NCBI GenBank assembly: GCA_027306855.1
Contig: DAHUYZ010000006.1
Coordinates: 375 to 64,374 of the forward strand
DNA length: 64,000 nt
Direction: 5' to 3'
From: Solirubrobacterales bacterium
Lineage (GTDB): Bacteria > Actinomycetota > Thermoleophilia > Solirubrobacterales > Solirubrobacteraceae
The notes beneath the pieces were generated by a model. That model had not been told where the DNA came from. It made no database searches and saw nothing but the letters and a program-made list of their open reading frames with translations. The translations under genes were made by a program, and so were the position numbers. How positions within the stretch are numbered: position 1 is the first letter of the stretch; each line of letters starts with the position of its first letter. Shown here in pieces: positions 18,933-28,934 of the stretch.

Positions 18933-19617
18933 TGCTGCCCGCTGGGTAGGACTCGAGCGCCGCGCGTAGCGCCTTCGCCGCCTGTCTGGGGTCCTCTGCG
19001 CCGGCGACGGCCCTCAACACGCACACGCGCCTCGCGCCCGCATCAACCATCTCTGCGACGTTCCCTGCGTCGATCCCGCCGATCGCAAAGAAAGGGACGA
19101 GCGCGTGTGCTGAGGCATAGCTGACCAGCTCTGTTCCCGCGGCGGGGCGCCCCGGCTTGGTGGGCGTCTCGTGGACTGGGCCGACGCCTATGTAGTCGAC
19201 GTACGGACCGCCGTCCCTGGTCGTACGGATCGCCGCGTCGATCTGAAGCGGCGAATGGGTCGAGAGGCCGATCAGCATCTCGTCCCCGACGATCTCACGG
19301 GCCGCGTCGACGTCCATATCGTCCTGGCCGACGTGCACGCCGTCAGCGGCCACGGCTGCCGCGATGTCGGGACGGTCGTTGACTACGAAGAGCGCGCCCC
19401 GCTCGCTGCAGACAGAACGGGCGATTTCAGCGGCCCGCATAAGACGCTCATCGTCGAGCCGCTTCTCGCGCAGCTGCACGATGTCCACGCCGCCTTCGAT
19501 TGCCGCCGTGAGCACGTCGCCCACCTCCCGCCCGCCGGGGCGGCTATCGCAGACTAAGTACAGGCGTGCTGCGCGCAGGCGCGCTCGCCGGCTCTCGCCG
19601 ATGGCGGGTGAGTGCAT
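18919..19617 (-). CDS. thiE: Thiamine-phosphate synthase
   Basis: VQLREK, VVNDR, GVHVGQDD, IGLSTH, TPTKP and AIGGI motifs. Confidence 0.96.
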   Translation of the reverse strand: MHSPAIGESRRARLRAARLYLVCDSRPGGREVGDVLTAAIEGGVDIVQLREKRLDDERLMRAAEIARSVCSERGALFVVNDRPDIAAAVAADGVHVGQDDMDVDAAREIVGDEMLIGLSTHSPLQIDAAIRTTRDGGPYVDYIGVGPVHETPTKPGRPAAGTELVSYASAHALVPFFAIGGIDAGNVAEMVDAGARRVCVLRAVAGAEDPRQAAKALRAALESYPAGSNGWA

Positions 19618-19661
19618 AGCAGCAAGTGTGACATCGGCCCACGCTCTCTAGCATCAGGTCC

Positions 19662-20839
19662 ATGAGCGCATCGAACGGCTCGGTCGTGGACGTGGCGATC
19701 GTCGGTGGCGGGATCATCGGGCTCGCCGTCGCCTGGCGTGCCCGCGCCAGGGGGCTCTCCGTCACGCTGATCGAGCGTGAGCAGATCGGATGGGGGGGAG
19801 CCTCGCGCGTTGCGGCCGGGATGCTCGCGCCGGTCGCTGAGGTCGAGTATGGCGAGCACGGGCGCCGCTTGCTCGATCTGGCGCTGCGCGCCGCGGAGAT
19901 GTGGCCGGGCTTTGTAGCAGGGCTCGAGAGGGCAAGCGGCTCGGAAGTGGGCCTGATGCGTACAGGCACGCTGATGGTCGCCCACGACGACGACGACGCG
20001 CGCGAGCTGGAGCGCCAGCTCGAGTTTCGTCATGCGCTCGGCTTGCGCGCTACACGACTACGCGCAAGCGAGGCGCGCGAGCGTGAGCCGGCGCTCGCCC
20101 CGACGATTCGTCTAGCGCTCGAGGTTCCAGACGATCACAGCGTCGATCCTCGCCGCGTCGTGAGCGCACTGCGCACGGCGTGTGAGCAGGGTGGAGTCGA
20201 GCTGCGCGAGCATTCCGCGGTCACCGGGCTGTCGCTCGACTCGGACGGACGGCGCGTGAGGGGCGTGACGCTGGCGGATGGCGGGGTGCTCACCGCCGAT
20301 CGTGTCGTCGCCGCTGCAGGCGCATGGTGCGGGCAGCTCGATGGTCTGCTCGACGGCGCAGATGTGCCCGTGCGCCCGGTCAAGGGTCAGGTCATGAGAT
20401 TGCGCGATCCCGCCGGCCCTGGGTTGCTCGAGCGGACGGTGCGCTATCCGGGTGGCTATCTCGTGCCGCGCGCGGATGGCAGATACGTGCTCGGCGGCAC
20501 GATGGAGGAGCGCGGCTTCGATTCCGACTCGACCGCCGGCGCGGCATACGAGCTGTTGCGCGACGCCCTCCAGGTCGTCCCGGGCGTGAGTGAGCTGGCG
20601 ATCGAGGAGCTGAACGTCGGCTTCCGGCCGGGCACGCCCGACAACGTTCCGTTCATCGGCCGATCGCGGGTCGGCGGGCTTATATGGGCGACCGGCCATC
20701 ACCGCAACGGCATCCTGCTGGCGCCCCTCACAGCCGAGATGGTCGCTGCGCAGCTGATTGGCGAGGGTGGCGAGCAGGACGAGCCGCTTAGCCTTTGCGA
20801 CCCCACGCGCGCCATCTCGTCGTCTGGCGCGGTGATGTG

Positions 20840-20840
<1 letters not shown>
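19662..20840 (+). CDS. thiO: Glycine oxidase
   Basis: GGGIIG FAD motif, ASRVAAGMLAP and GHHRNGILLAP. Confidence 0.95.
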
Positions 20841-21851
<1,011 letters not shown>

Positions 21852-21868
21852 TCGCCTGAAGTCGCCGT

Positions 21869-21996
21869 GCTATTGACGACTTCGATCGTCCCGCAATGGA
21901 TCTGAGGGAGGGCAGGCCCTACCCCAGCACCCCCTCCCCGCGGACGCTGGGCCGTGATGTTCGATGGGCTGCTATTCGACGACTTCGATCGTCCCG
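21869..21996. repeat. 25/26-bp direct repeat pair (21869-21893 and 21971-21996) duplicating the 3' end of the cupredoxin gene
   Basis: GCTATT(C)GACGACTTCGATCGTCCCG in both copies, separated by 77 bp. Confidence 0.85.
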
Positions 21997-22391
21997 TTCA
22001 TCGTGACGGGGTGGTTCGTGCAGCGGTAGTGGATCACGCCCGGCTTTGTCACCTTGATCTTGAAGGTGTGTCCTTCGCCAAAGTTGCCAGAGGCGAATTT
22101 GAGCGGCCCTGAGGCGGAGGTGACGTTGTGCTGGACGGGATCTTCGTTGACCCATTCGATCGTGCTTCCCACCTTGACCTTCAGAGTGTCCGGTTCGATC
22201 GAGATTTCGTGGTACTTGATCCTCACGAGCCCGCTCTGCGCCGGCGCGCTCGAGGGCGGGCTCGCATAGTTGATCTTGCCGTCGGCTCGCAGGCCGCTCG
22301 TCGAGCTCGTCGAAGTGGCGCTCGTGCTGGACGATTTGCTCGAGCCGCACCCGGCCGCGAGTAGGAGCGCCGAGCAGGCGGCGAGGGCCAC
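21972..22391 (-). CDS. Cupredoxin (plastocyanin/azurin-like) lipoprotein
   Basis: Lipobox LAAGC, Ser/Thr linker, HNV and YRCTNHPVTM copper ligands; start approximate. Confidence 0.85.
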   Translation of the reverse strand: MALAACSALLLAAGCGSSKSSSTSATSTSSTSGLRADGKINYASPPSSAPAQSGLVRIKYHEISIEPDTLKVKVGSTIEWVNEDPVQHNVTSASGPLKFASGNFGEGHTFKIKVTKPGVIHYRCTNHPVTMNGTIEVVE

Positions 22392-22410
22392 CCCCGTAGA
22401 CTGCCACGCT

Positions 22411-23319
22411 ATGCCCCGACACTTTCTCACCGGCGCGGAGCTTAGCGTGGCCGAGCTGCAGTCGCTGCTGGACCGCGCGATCGAGTTGAAGGGAGCTCCA
22501 CTTTCCTCCCACGCTCTGGCGGGGCGCGGAGTCGCGTTGATCTTCGAGAAGCCCTCCACGCGCACGCGTCTGTCTTTCGAGATGGGCATCCATGAGCTGG
22601 GCGGCCATGCCGTCGTCTTGCGCTCCGGCGAGATGCAGCTTTCGCGGGGGGAGAGTGCGCACGACACCGCGCTCGTTCTTTCTCGTCAGGTGGCGGCGTT
22701 CGGCGTCCGTACCGGTCCCGACGAGCTGCTGGCAGAGCTGGCCGAACACTCTTCGGTCCCCGTGTTCAACATGCTCACGGCGCTTCACCACCCCTGCCAG
22801 GCGCTCGCCGACCTGATGACGATTCGCGAGACGTTCGGCACACTCGCCGGCCTGCGTCTCGCGTACGTCGGTGACGGCACGAACGTCGCCCGATCGCTTG
22901 CGATCCTAGGTACGCTCGCCGGGATGGACGTAGCGATCGCCTCGCCTGCCCGTTACTCGTTGGAGGAGGATCTCGCGCTACCGGCCGGGGCGCTCGGCTC
23001 GCTGACGCTCTCCCACGACCCCCACGTTGCGGCGGCGGGTGCTCATGTTCTATACACCGACGTTTGGGTCAGCATGGGCGACGAGGGGAGCGCACAGGAG
23101 CGACGCGACGCGCTGGCGCCGTTCCGCATCGACGATGACCTGCTCGACGCGGCGGCCCCCGATGCGATCGCGCTGCATTGCCTCCCCGCCCATCCCGGCG
23201 AGGAGATAACTGCACAGGTGCTCTATGGCCCACGCCAGCGCATCTGGGATCAGGCGGAGAACCGTCGTCATGCGCAGAAGGCGCTGCTGGAGTACCTGAC
23301 CGAGCCCGGTCTCTCGTGA
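22411..23319 (+). CDS. argF: Ornithine carbamoyltransferase
   Basis: FEKPSTRTR, HPCQALAD and HCLPAH motifs. Confidence 0.96.
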   Translation: MPRHFLTGAELSVAELQSLLDRAIELKGAPLSSHALAGRGVALIFEKPSTRTRLSFEMGIHELGGHAVVLRSGEMQLSRGESAHDTALVLSRQVAAFGVRTGPDELLAELAEHSSVPVFNMLTALHHPCQALADLMTIRETFGTLAGLRLAYVGDGTNVARSLAILGTLAGMDVAIASPARYSLEEDLALPAGALGSLTLSHDPHVAAAGAHVLYTDVWVSMGDEGSAQERRDALAPFRIDDDLLDAAAPDAIALHCLPAHPGEEITAQVLYGPRQRIWDQAENRRHAQKALLEYLTEPGLS

Positions 23320-24818
23320 GCGTCGGCCTGGACGGGAGCGCCGGCACGGAGAGTGGCGCCGGCCACGGTGCTGGCTCCGAGGTCCGGATGGCGCGGCCCG
23401 AGCAGGGCGAGCAGATCGAGCTTACGATCGACTCGCTCGCCCACGGCGGCGAGGGTGTCGCCCGCTATGGAGACGGTGGGTACGTCGTGTTCGTCTCGGG
23501 CGCCATCCCAGGAGACCGGGTTTGCGCGGTCGTCGTCAAGCGCAAGCGCTCATACGCACACGCGCGCGCCGTCGAGATCATCGAGCCGAGCCCCGAACGG
23601 ATCGAGCCGGTGGCGCATCATCCCGGCGTCGCCTGGCAGGTGCTCCCGTACGAGCGCCAGCTGCAGATCAAGGCCGAGCAGGTCGATGACGCGCTGCGGC
23701 GCATCGGCAGGCTCGATGGGTTCGTGTTGGAGGAGATCGTGCCGGCAGTGGCGCAGTGGCGCTATCGCAACAAGCTCGAGTACTCGTTCGGGGAGGGCGA
23801 CGATGGTGCGCTCGTCTGCGGCTTTCATGCCCCCGGAGGCTGTAAGCATGTTGTGCCGATCGAGGACTGTCTGCTGGCGTCGGAGATCGGCAACCGCGCG
23901 CGCGAGGTGGCCTTGCGCTGGGCGCGAGAGCGGGGACTGCGCGCCTGGGATCGCCGTCGTGAGAGCGTCGCTTCAGGCGTTGCTCTGCTGCGCAACCTCG
24001 TCATACGCGAGGGCCGGCGCACCGGCAAGCTGCAGGTCCGCCTCGTCACGACTCCTGGAGAGGTGGACGCCGACTTGCTCGCCGCGGCCCTTGTCGCTGA
24101 GTTGGGGACTGACGTTCTCAGCGGCGTGCTCTGGACGTGCTCGTCCGCGCTCGCGGAGACCACCCTCGGCGGGGAGACCGAGCTTGTCTGGGGCGAGGCC
24201 GAGTTGCCCGAGCGGTTGCGTGTAGGGGCGAAGGACGGAGCCGGCTGGTGTGCCGACGGCGACGACGAAGACGGCCTCGACCTGCGCATCTCTTCCGAAG
24301 CGTTCTTTCAGACGAACACCGAGATGGCCGAGCTGCTGTACGGAGTCGCGCTCGAATACGCCTCTCTGGAGGGCTGGGAGCGCGTGTATGACCTCTACTG
24401 CGGTACCGGCACGATCGCCCTGACGCTCGCTCGGCGGGCGGGTGAGGTGTGGGGGGTCGAGCTTGTCGAGCAGGCCGTTGCGGACGCGATCGCCGCTGCC
24501 AGGCGCAACGACATCACGAACGCCCGCTTCTTCGCCGGCGACGCGCGGCTTGCGCTCCCCGAGCTGATCGAGCGCGCAGGCCGACCCGACGTCGTCGTGG
24601 TGGACCCGCCGCGCGCAGGCCTCTCGCAGAAGGTGGTGCGCCGCATCATCGACGCCTCGCCCAAGCGGGTCGTGTACGTCTCCTGCAACCCGACGACGCT
24701 CGCCCCCAACGCGGCCCAGCTCGTCGAGGCGGGCTGGCGCTTGATCAAGGTGCGGCCCGTGGACATGTTCCCGCAGACTCCGCATATAGAGATCGTGGCT
24801 CTATTGGAGCGTGTGTAG
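23316..24818 (+). CDS. rlmD: 23S rRNA (uracil-C5)-methyltransferase, RlmD/TrmA family
   Basis: TRAM domain, YRNKLEY, FFQTN, DLYCGTG, VVDPPRAG, YVSCNP and DMFPQT motifs; alternative start at 23388. Confidence 0.9.
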   Translation: MSVGLDGSAGTESGAGHGAGSEVRMARPEQGEQIELTIDSLAHGGEGVARYGDGGYVVFVSGAIPGDRVCAVVVKRKRSYAHARAVEIIEPSPERIEPVAHHPGVAWQVLPYERQLQIKAEQVDDALRRIGRLDGFVLEEIVPAVAQWRYRNKLEYSFGEGDDGALVCGFHAPGGCKHVVPIEDCLLASEIGNRAREVALRWARERGLRAWDRRRESVASGVALLRNLVIREGRRTGKLQVRLVTTPGEVDADLLAAALVAELGTDVLSGVLWTCSSALAETTLGGETELVWGEAELPERLRVGAKDGAGWCADGDDEDGLDLRISSEAFFQTNTEMAELLYGVALEYASLEGWERVYDLYCGTGTIALTLARRAGEVWGVELVEQAVADAIAAARRNDITNARFFAGDARLALPELIERAGRPDVVVVDPPRAGLSQKVVRRIIDASPKRVVYVSCNPTTLAPNAAQLVEAGWRLIKVRPVDMFPQTPHIEIVALLERV

Positions 24819-25298
24819 TCAGCCGAGCTGCTTCAGGTCTTCTAGGTCCTGCGGCCGGCCGGCGGCACGCTTCATGGCACGCAGGTGATCGAGGCTGCAC
24901 ACCCGGATCTCGTTGCCCCGGAAGGTGACGGGGAGGGCGTGAGGCGCGAGCTCGGAGTAGGCGAGCTCCGAATCGATGCCTTCCACCCACTGCAGGATGT
25001 CCATCGGCCCGAGATTCGTCTCAAGGCGGAAGTTGGCCCCTTCTCCGAGCTGTACGGGGTCGGTCGGATCGTAGGGGAACTCGTCGGGTGAGAACTCGCC
25101 AACGCCGACCTGCTGCGCCTGGATATCAAGAAGCAGTTGCGCTAGTCGCTCGAGGTTGTCCGGGTGTGGGCCGGGAACGATGTCAAGATCCTTGGTGGCG
25201 CGAATGAAGCCGTGTACGCCGACCGCGACGCCACCGATGACAACGAACTCGACCTGCGCGCCGATCAGCGCAAGCAGCAGGTCATCGGGGTCGAACAT
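24819..25298 (-). CDS. Nucleotidyltransferase-fold protein, putative toxin
   Basis: VVIGGVAV...RATKDLDI and MKRAAGRPQDLEDL motifs. Confidence 0.85.
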   Translation of the reverse strand: MFDPDDLLLALIGAQVEFVVIGGVAVGVHGFIRATKDLDIVPGPHPDNLERLAQLLLDIQAQQVGVGEFSPDEFPYDPTDPVQLGEGANFRLETNLGPMDILQWVEGIDSELAYSELAPHALPVTFRGNEIRVCSLDHLRAMKRAAGRPQDLEDLKQLG

Positions 25299-25479
25299 CG
25301 CCGGGCATGCCCTGCCTCAACTCGTTGATGAACTTGCTCAGACGGATTGTCTCCTCGAGCCGTTCCTCGGGCGACTTCTCCAGGTCACGTCGCGCGCGCT
25401 CCCGGTTGACGCGCTCGTTCCGCGCCTTCTCCTCAGGCGTCCAGGGTCCTTTGGGTCTGGGCTTGGGACTCGTTGCCAT
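25282..25479 (-). CDS. Small helical protein, putative antitoxin (65 aa)
   Basis: Overlaps the nucleotidyltransferase start; TACAAT 6 nt upstream of ATG; SPEERL motif. Confidence 0.65.
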   Translation of the reverse strand: MATSPKPRPKGPWTPEEKARNERVNRERARRDLEKSPEERLEETIRLSKFINELRQGMPGDVRPR

Positions 25480-25591
25480 GACGGGATTGTAGGTCCGTAG
25501 TGGCTGCATCTCCTAAGATTATAGACAACTGTCTGCGTATACCGAGGCGGTACCGGGTGTCGCTTGGCTTCGGAGGTAGGCTTCGCGCCTC

Positions 25592-26575
25592 ATGCGCGCC
25601 GTCACGATCCGCGACAAGGAGATCCTCGTCGAGGAGCACCCGGACCCCGTGCCGGGCGCCGGCGAGGTGCTTGTGTGCGTACGCGCCGCGGGGATCAACG
25701 GTGCGGACATGATGCAGCGGCGCGGTCTCTACCCTGCGCCGGCCGGCTCCCCGCAGGACATCCCGGGACTCGAGCTGGCAGGAGAGGTGGCGGCGCTCGG
25801 CCCTGGCGCGACTCGCTTCGAGGTCGACGATCGTGTGATGGCGATCGTCGGCGGGGGTGGACAGGCGGAGCTGGCTGCCGTGCACGAGCGCCAGCTGATG
25901 CCGGTTCCGGCCGCGCTCGACTGGCCGGCGGCGGGCGGGCTACCGGAGGTCTTCACGACCGCCCACGACGCGATTTTCACGCAAGCGGGTCTGCGTCCTG
26001 GCGAGCGCCTGCTCGTGCATGGCGGTGCTGGAGGTGTGGGAACGGCGGCGATACAGCTGGCCATCGCGTCGGGGGCGCAAGCAACGGCGACTGTACGGCG
26101 CGAGGAGCTGCGCGAGCAGGTGGCGGCGCTCGGCGCAGACGCGATCGCCCCCGAGGGGTTCGCCGAGTACGGGCCGTTCGACGTGATCCTCGAGCTGGTC
26201 GGGGCGCCCAACCTGGCTGAGAACCTGAGCGCGCTCGCGATGGGCGGGCGCATCTGCGTGATCGGTGTCTCGGCGGGCGCCAAGAGCGAGATCAATCTGC
26301 TTGCGCTCATGGGCAAGCGCGCGCGCATCCATGGCTCCACCCTGCGCGCCCGGCCCCTTGAGGAGAAGGCGCTCGCGGCGCGAGCCCTGGAGCGCGAAGT
26401 GCTGCCGCTGTTCGAAGCAGGCTCTACACGCGCGCGCGCAGGCTCGCGCGCCGACTCGAAGGCCCCCGCGCTCACCGTGCCGATCGCAGAGACGTTCCCG
26501 CTCGACGAGGCGGCCGCCGCATACGACCGCTTCGCCGAAGGCGGCAAGCTCGGCAAGATCGTGCTGACGCTCTAG
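25592..26575 (+). CDS. NADPH:quinone oxidoreductase (zinc-binding dehydrogenase family)
   Basis: PGLELAGEV, LVHGGAGGVG and GKIVL motifs. Confidence 0.93.
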   Translation: MRAVTIRDKEILVEEHPDPVPGAGEVLVCVRAAGINGADMMQRRGLYPAPAGSPQDIPGLELAGEVAALGPGATRFEVDDRVMAIVGGGGQAELAAVHERQLMPVPAALDWPAAGGLPEVFTTAHDAIFTQAGLRPGERLLVHGGAGGVGTAAIQLAIASGAQATATVRREELREQVAALGADAIAPEGFAEYGPFDVILELVGAPNLAENLSALAMGGRICVIGVSAGAKSEINLLALMGKRARIHGSTLRARPLEEKALAARALEREVLPLFEAGSTRARAGSRADSKAPALTVPIAETFPLDEAAAAYDRFAEGGKLGKIVLTL

Positions 26576-26739
26576 TGGTTCAGCCTGGAAATACGCTGAG
26601 GGTTTGCCGAGTGTATGCGCGTGATCTGACGGTTCACGGTGTTCGTGTGCGTACCGGTAGTACGTGTGCGAACGCCGGGAAGCGTCAGGCGCGTGCAGAC
26701 GCCGGGAAACACCAGCGGATTTACAGGATGGGCCACTAG
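26572..26739 (+). ncRNA. 168-nt rod-like imperfect hairpin; candidate structured RNA or palindromic MITE-like element
   Basis: End-to-end pairing from CTAGTGGTTCA/TGGGCCACTAG inward, with many G:U pairs valid only on the + strand. Confidence 0.6.
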
Positions 26740-27341
26740 TACGGCGGCTGAGCCGCCCACCACTCCCCGAGCGCCCGGAACGACGCCCAGAACTCGCGCT
26801 TGGAGTCCTGCTCGTCGAGCGACTCGTCGATGTTAGGGGTGTAGAGGGCGTCGATCATCGGGGTCAAGTGCTGGATCTCTCCGAGCTTTGGCTGCAGCGG
26901 TTGGGCGAGCGGGATGTCGAGGTCGTTCAGGCACGAAAGCGCGTCGGCGCCCATCACGACCACGATCCTCGGCGAGACGATCGCGAGCTCTTCGACGACG
27001 CGCGCGATGCAGGCCGGATCGGCGAGCGAAGGGTCAGGCAGAGGGCACTTCACGCACAGCGTCCCATACACCACGAGCGGATCGATCGACAGGCGCTTGA
27101 GCGACTTCATGATCGCGCCGCCCGAGCGCCCGTAGAAGGCGACGCCCTCCTCGATCTCCGACGGCAGCGGCGAGTGCTTGAGCAGCATCACATCCGCCTG
27201 CGGGTGGCCCGAGCCGAGCACCGGCATCTCCTGGCCGCGCGGGCAGTGCGGGCACGCCTGCAGCTCGCGTGTCAGCGAGTTCAGCTCCCGTATAGCCCGC
27301 TCAAGGTACTTCTCGCGGATCTCATCGTCTGTGGCGGGCAT
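26736..27341 (-). CDS. Uracil-DNA glycosylase family 4-like protein, motifs degenerate
   Basis: CPHC, VLGSGHPQADV, AFYGRSG and LCVKC motifs. Confidence 0.75.
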   Translation of the reverse strand: MPATDDEIREKYLERAIRELNSLTRELQACPHCPRGQEMPVLGSGHPQADVMLLKHSPLPSEIEEGVAFYGRSGGAIMKSLKRLSIDPLVVYGTLCVKCPLPDPSLADPACIARVVEELAIVSPRIVVVMGADALSCLNDLDIPLAQPLQPKLGEIQHLTPMIDALYTPNIDESLDEQDSKREFWASFRALGEWWAAQPPY

Positions 27342-27405
27342 GTGCGCGGATGGATTAGACGGGTCGCTCGGGAGTCCTTGCGCGTGCATACCCACTTGCG
27401 CAGTA

Positions 27406-28836
27406 TTACTTGCGCTTGGTGCCGGTCGCACGTCTGACCCTCCTCTCGCGGGAGGCGCGGCGCGCACCGGCAGGCGTCGCCTTCGTCTGCAGGAACTTGA
27501 GCGCCTGCACGTAGATCAGACTCGTCGGCTTGGTCAAGATGTCGGCGTCGCGCAGCGATTGCAAGAACTCCTCGGGCCCGTCGAAGGCGTGCATCCTGAT
27601 GCGCACCGAGCCGAGACCCTGGGCGACGTGGGAGTCCGAGCCGGCGCCCGCCGGAATCCTGTACTTGGCCGCGAACCGCGCCGCCTCCTCGTTGAAGGCG
27701 CCGATCGCCACGCGCGGATTGAAGACCTCGATCGCGTCGACATCCTCGAGGACGGGCAGCAGGTGCTCGTAGTCGGGAACCGCGTGCATGCGGTCGAAGG
27801 GGTGGGGCACGTAGACGAGGCCGCCCTGGCGCTTGATCTCCGCGACGGTCTCTTCCATCGACATGCCGCGCTCGATCTTCTCCTCGATGAACAGCCCGAT
27901 CACCTCGCCTTGAGAGGCCGTCTTGACCTCCTCTGCGACGATCACCTTCACGCCGGCGGCGGCCCCCTTCTCGCGCGCCTCCAAGGCCCCCGAGATCTCG
28001 TTGTGATCGGTGACGGCGATCGCGCCTAGCCCTTGCTCGCGGGCGGTGGCGAGCAGCACGTCGACGGGGGTGGCGCAGTCGGACGAGTGGTCGGTATGCA
28101 TGTGCAGGTCGACGTCGATCAGCTTTCGTCGCGACAGGCGCCTGCGCAGCGCCTGGTCCTCGCGCGAGTCGTGCCTTCGGCGTGCAAGCTCGCCGTACAG
28201 CGCTTCGATCGCCTCGGCGGCGCTTTCGTCGTCCGGTATGACGCGGTACTCGGCCGGGAAGTGGCGCTCCATCAGCTCCGCTGTCTGCGGCCGGCTTGCG
28301 ACACGGACGTCCAGGCGGCCGAAGAAGCTCTCGACAAAGCGGCGGGCCAGCGTCGTGGAGAGTAGCCGCTCGGTGGGGGCGTGGAACGACCCGATGTTCA
28401 GCGCGCGCGAGTAACGCAACGCGGTGGAGGAGGCGCTCGGCGGGAATGGCTCATGGACATGGATGAAGTCGAGCGGCAGCTGGGTCAGCAGCTCCTCGAG
28501 CGTGCGCGCCACATCCACCGGCAGCGCTCGCCGCCGACGCCCCGAAGAGCCCGGCACGTCGAGCACCTCGCCGATCGCGACCAGCGTCGGCGTCCCTTTG
28601 TCCGATCCTTTCAGCAGCGAGGACGCTCCGCCGCCGCCGGCCTTGGCGGCGCGCAGCTGCCGCCGCGACGCTCTCACCTGCTCGGGCGAGCGCGAAGGCG
28701 CGAGGATCAGCACGCGGTGCCCGCGCTCAGACAGCTCACCGGCAAGCCGCTTCACGTAGGCATTGACCTCGTTCTCCTGCGCCTCCCACGGGAAGGGGGT
28801 GACGTGGGCGATCGAGAACGTCGGAGAGCCGCTCAC
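27406..28836 (-). CDS. Fusion of a glycosyltransferase family 4 N-terminal domain and a PHP domain
   Basis: GHRVLILAP and HVHEP GT4 N-domain, then DLHMHTDHSSD, TDHNE, HPFD and GSDSH PHP motifs. Confidence 0.85.
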   Translation of the reverse strand: MSGSPTFSIAHVTPFPWEAQENEVNAYVKRLAGELSERGHRVLILAPSRSPEQVRASRRQLRAAKAGGGGASSLLKGSDKGTPTLVAIGEVLDVPGSSGRRRRALPVDVARTLEELLTQLPLDFIHVHEPFPPSASSTALRYSRALNIGSFHAPTERLLSTTLARRFVESFFGRLDVRVASRPQTAELMERHFPAEYRVIPDDESAAEAIEALYGELARRRHDSREDQALRRRLSRRKLIDVDLHMHTDHSSDCATPVDVLLATAREQGLGAIAVTDHNEISGALEAREKGAAAGVKVIVAEEVKTASQGEVIGLFIEEKIERGMSMEETVAEIKRQGGLVYVPHPFDRMHAVPDYEHLLPVLEDVDAIEVFNPRVAIGAFNEEAARFAAKYRIPAGAGSDSHVAQGLGSVRIRMHAFDGPEEFLQSLRDADILTKPTSLIYVQALKFLQTKATPAGARRASRERRVRRATGTKRK

Positions 28837-28934
28837 CCCTCCATTATCTCCCCTGCGAGCGCTTTCCACGCCGGCCTCATTCGAGCAGGCGCCGGGCGTA
28901 TGGCGGTGCGCCTCTCAGGGTGTGACGCCGGCGC

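Noticed and set aside
26572-26763. 63-aa and 65-aa ORFs across the long hairpin
   Set aside because: No protein-like features; the region is better explained as a fold-back structure
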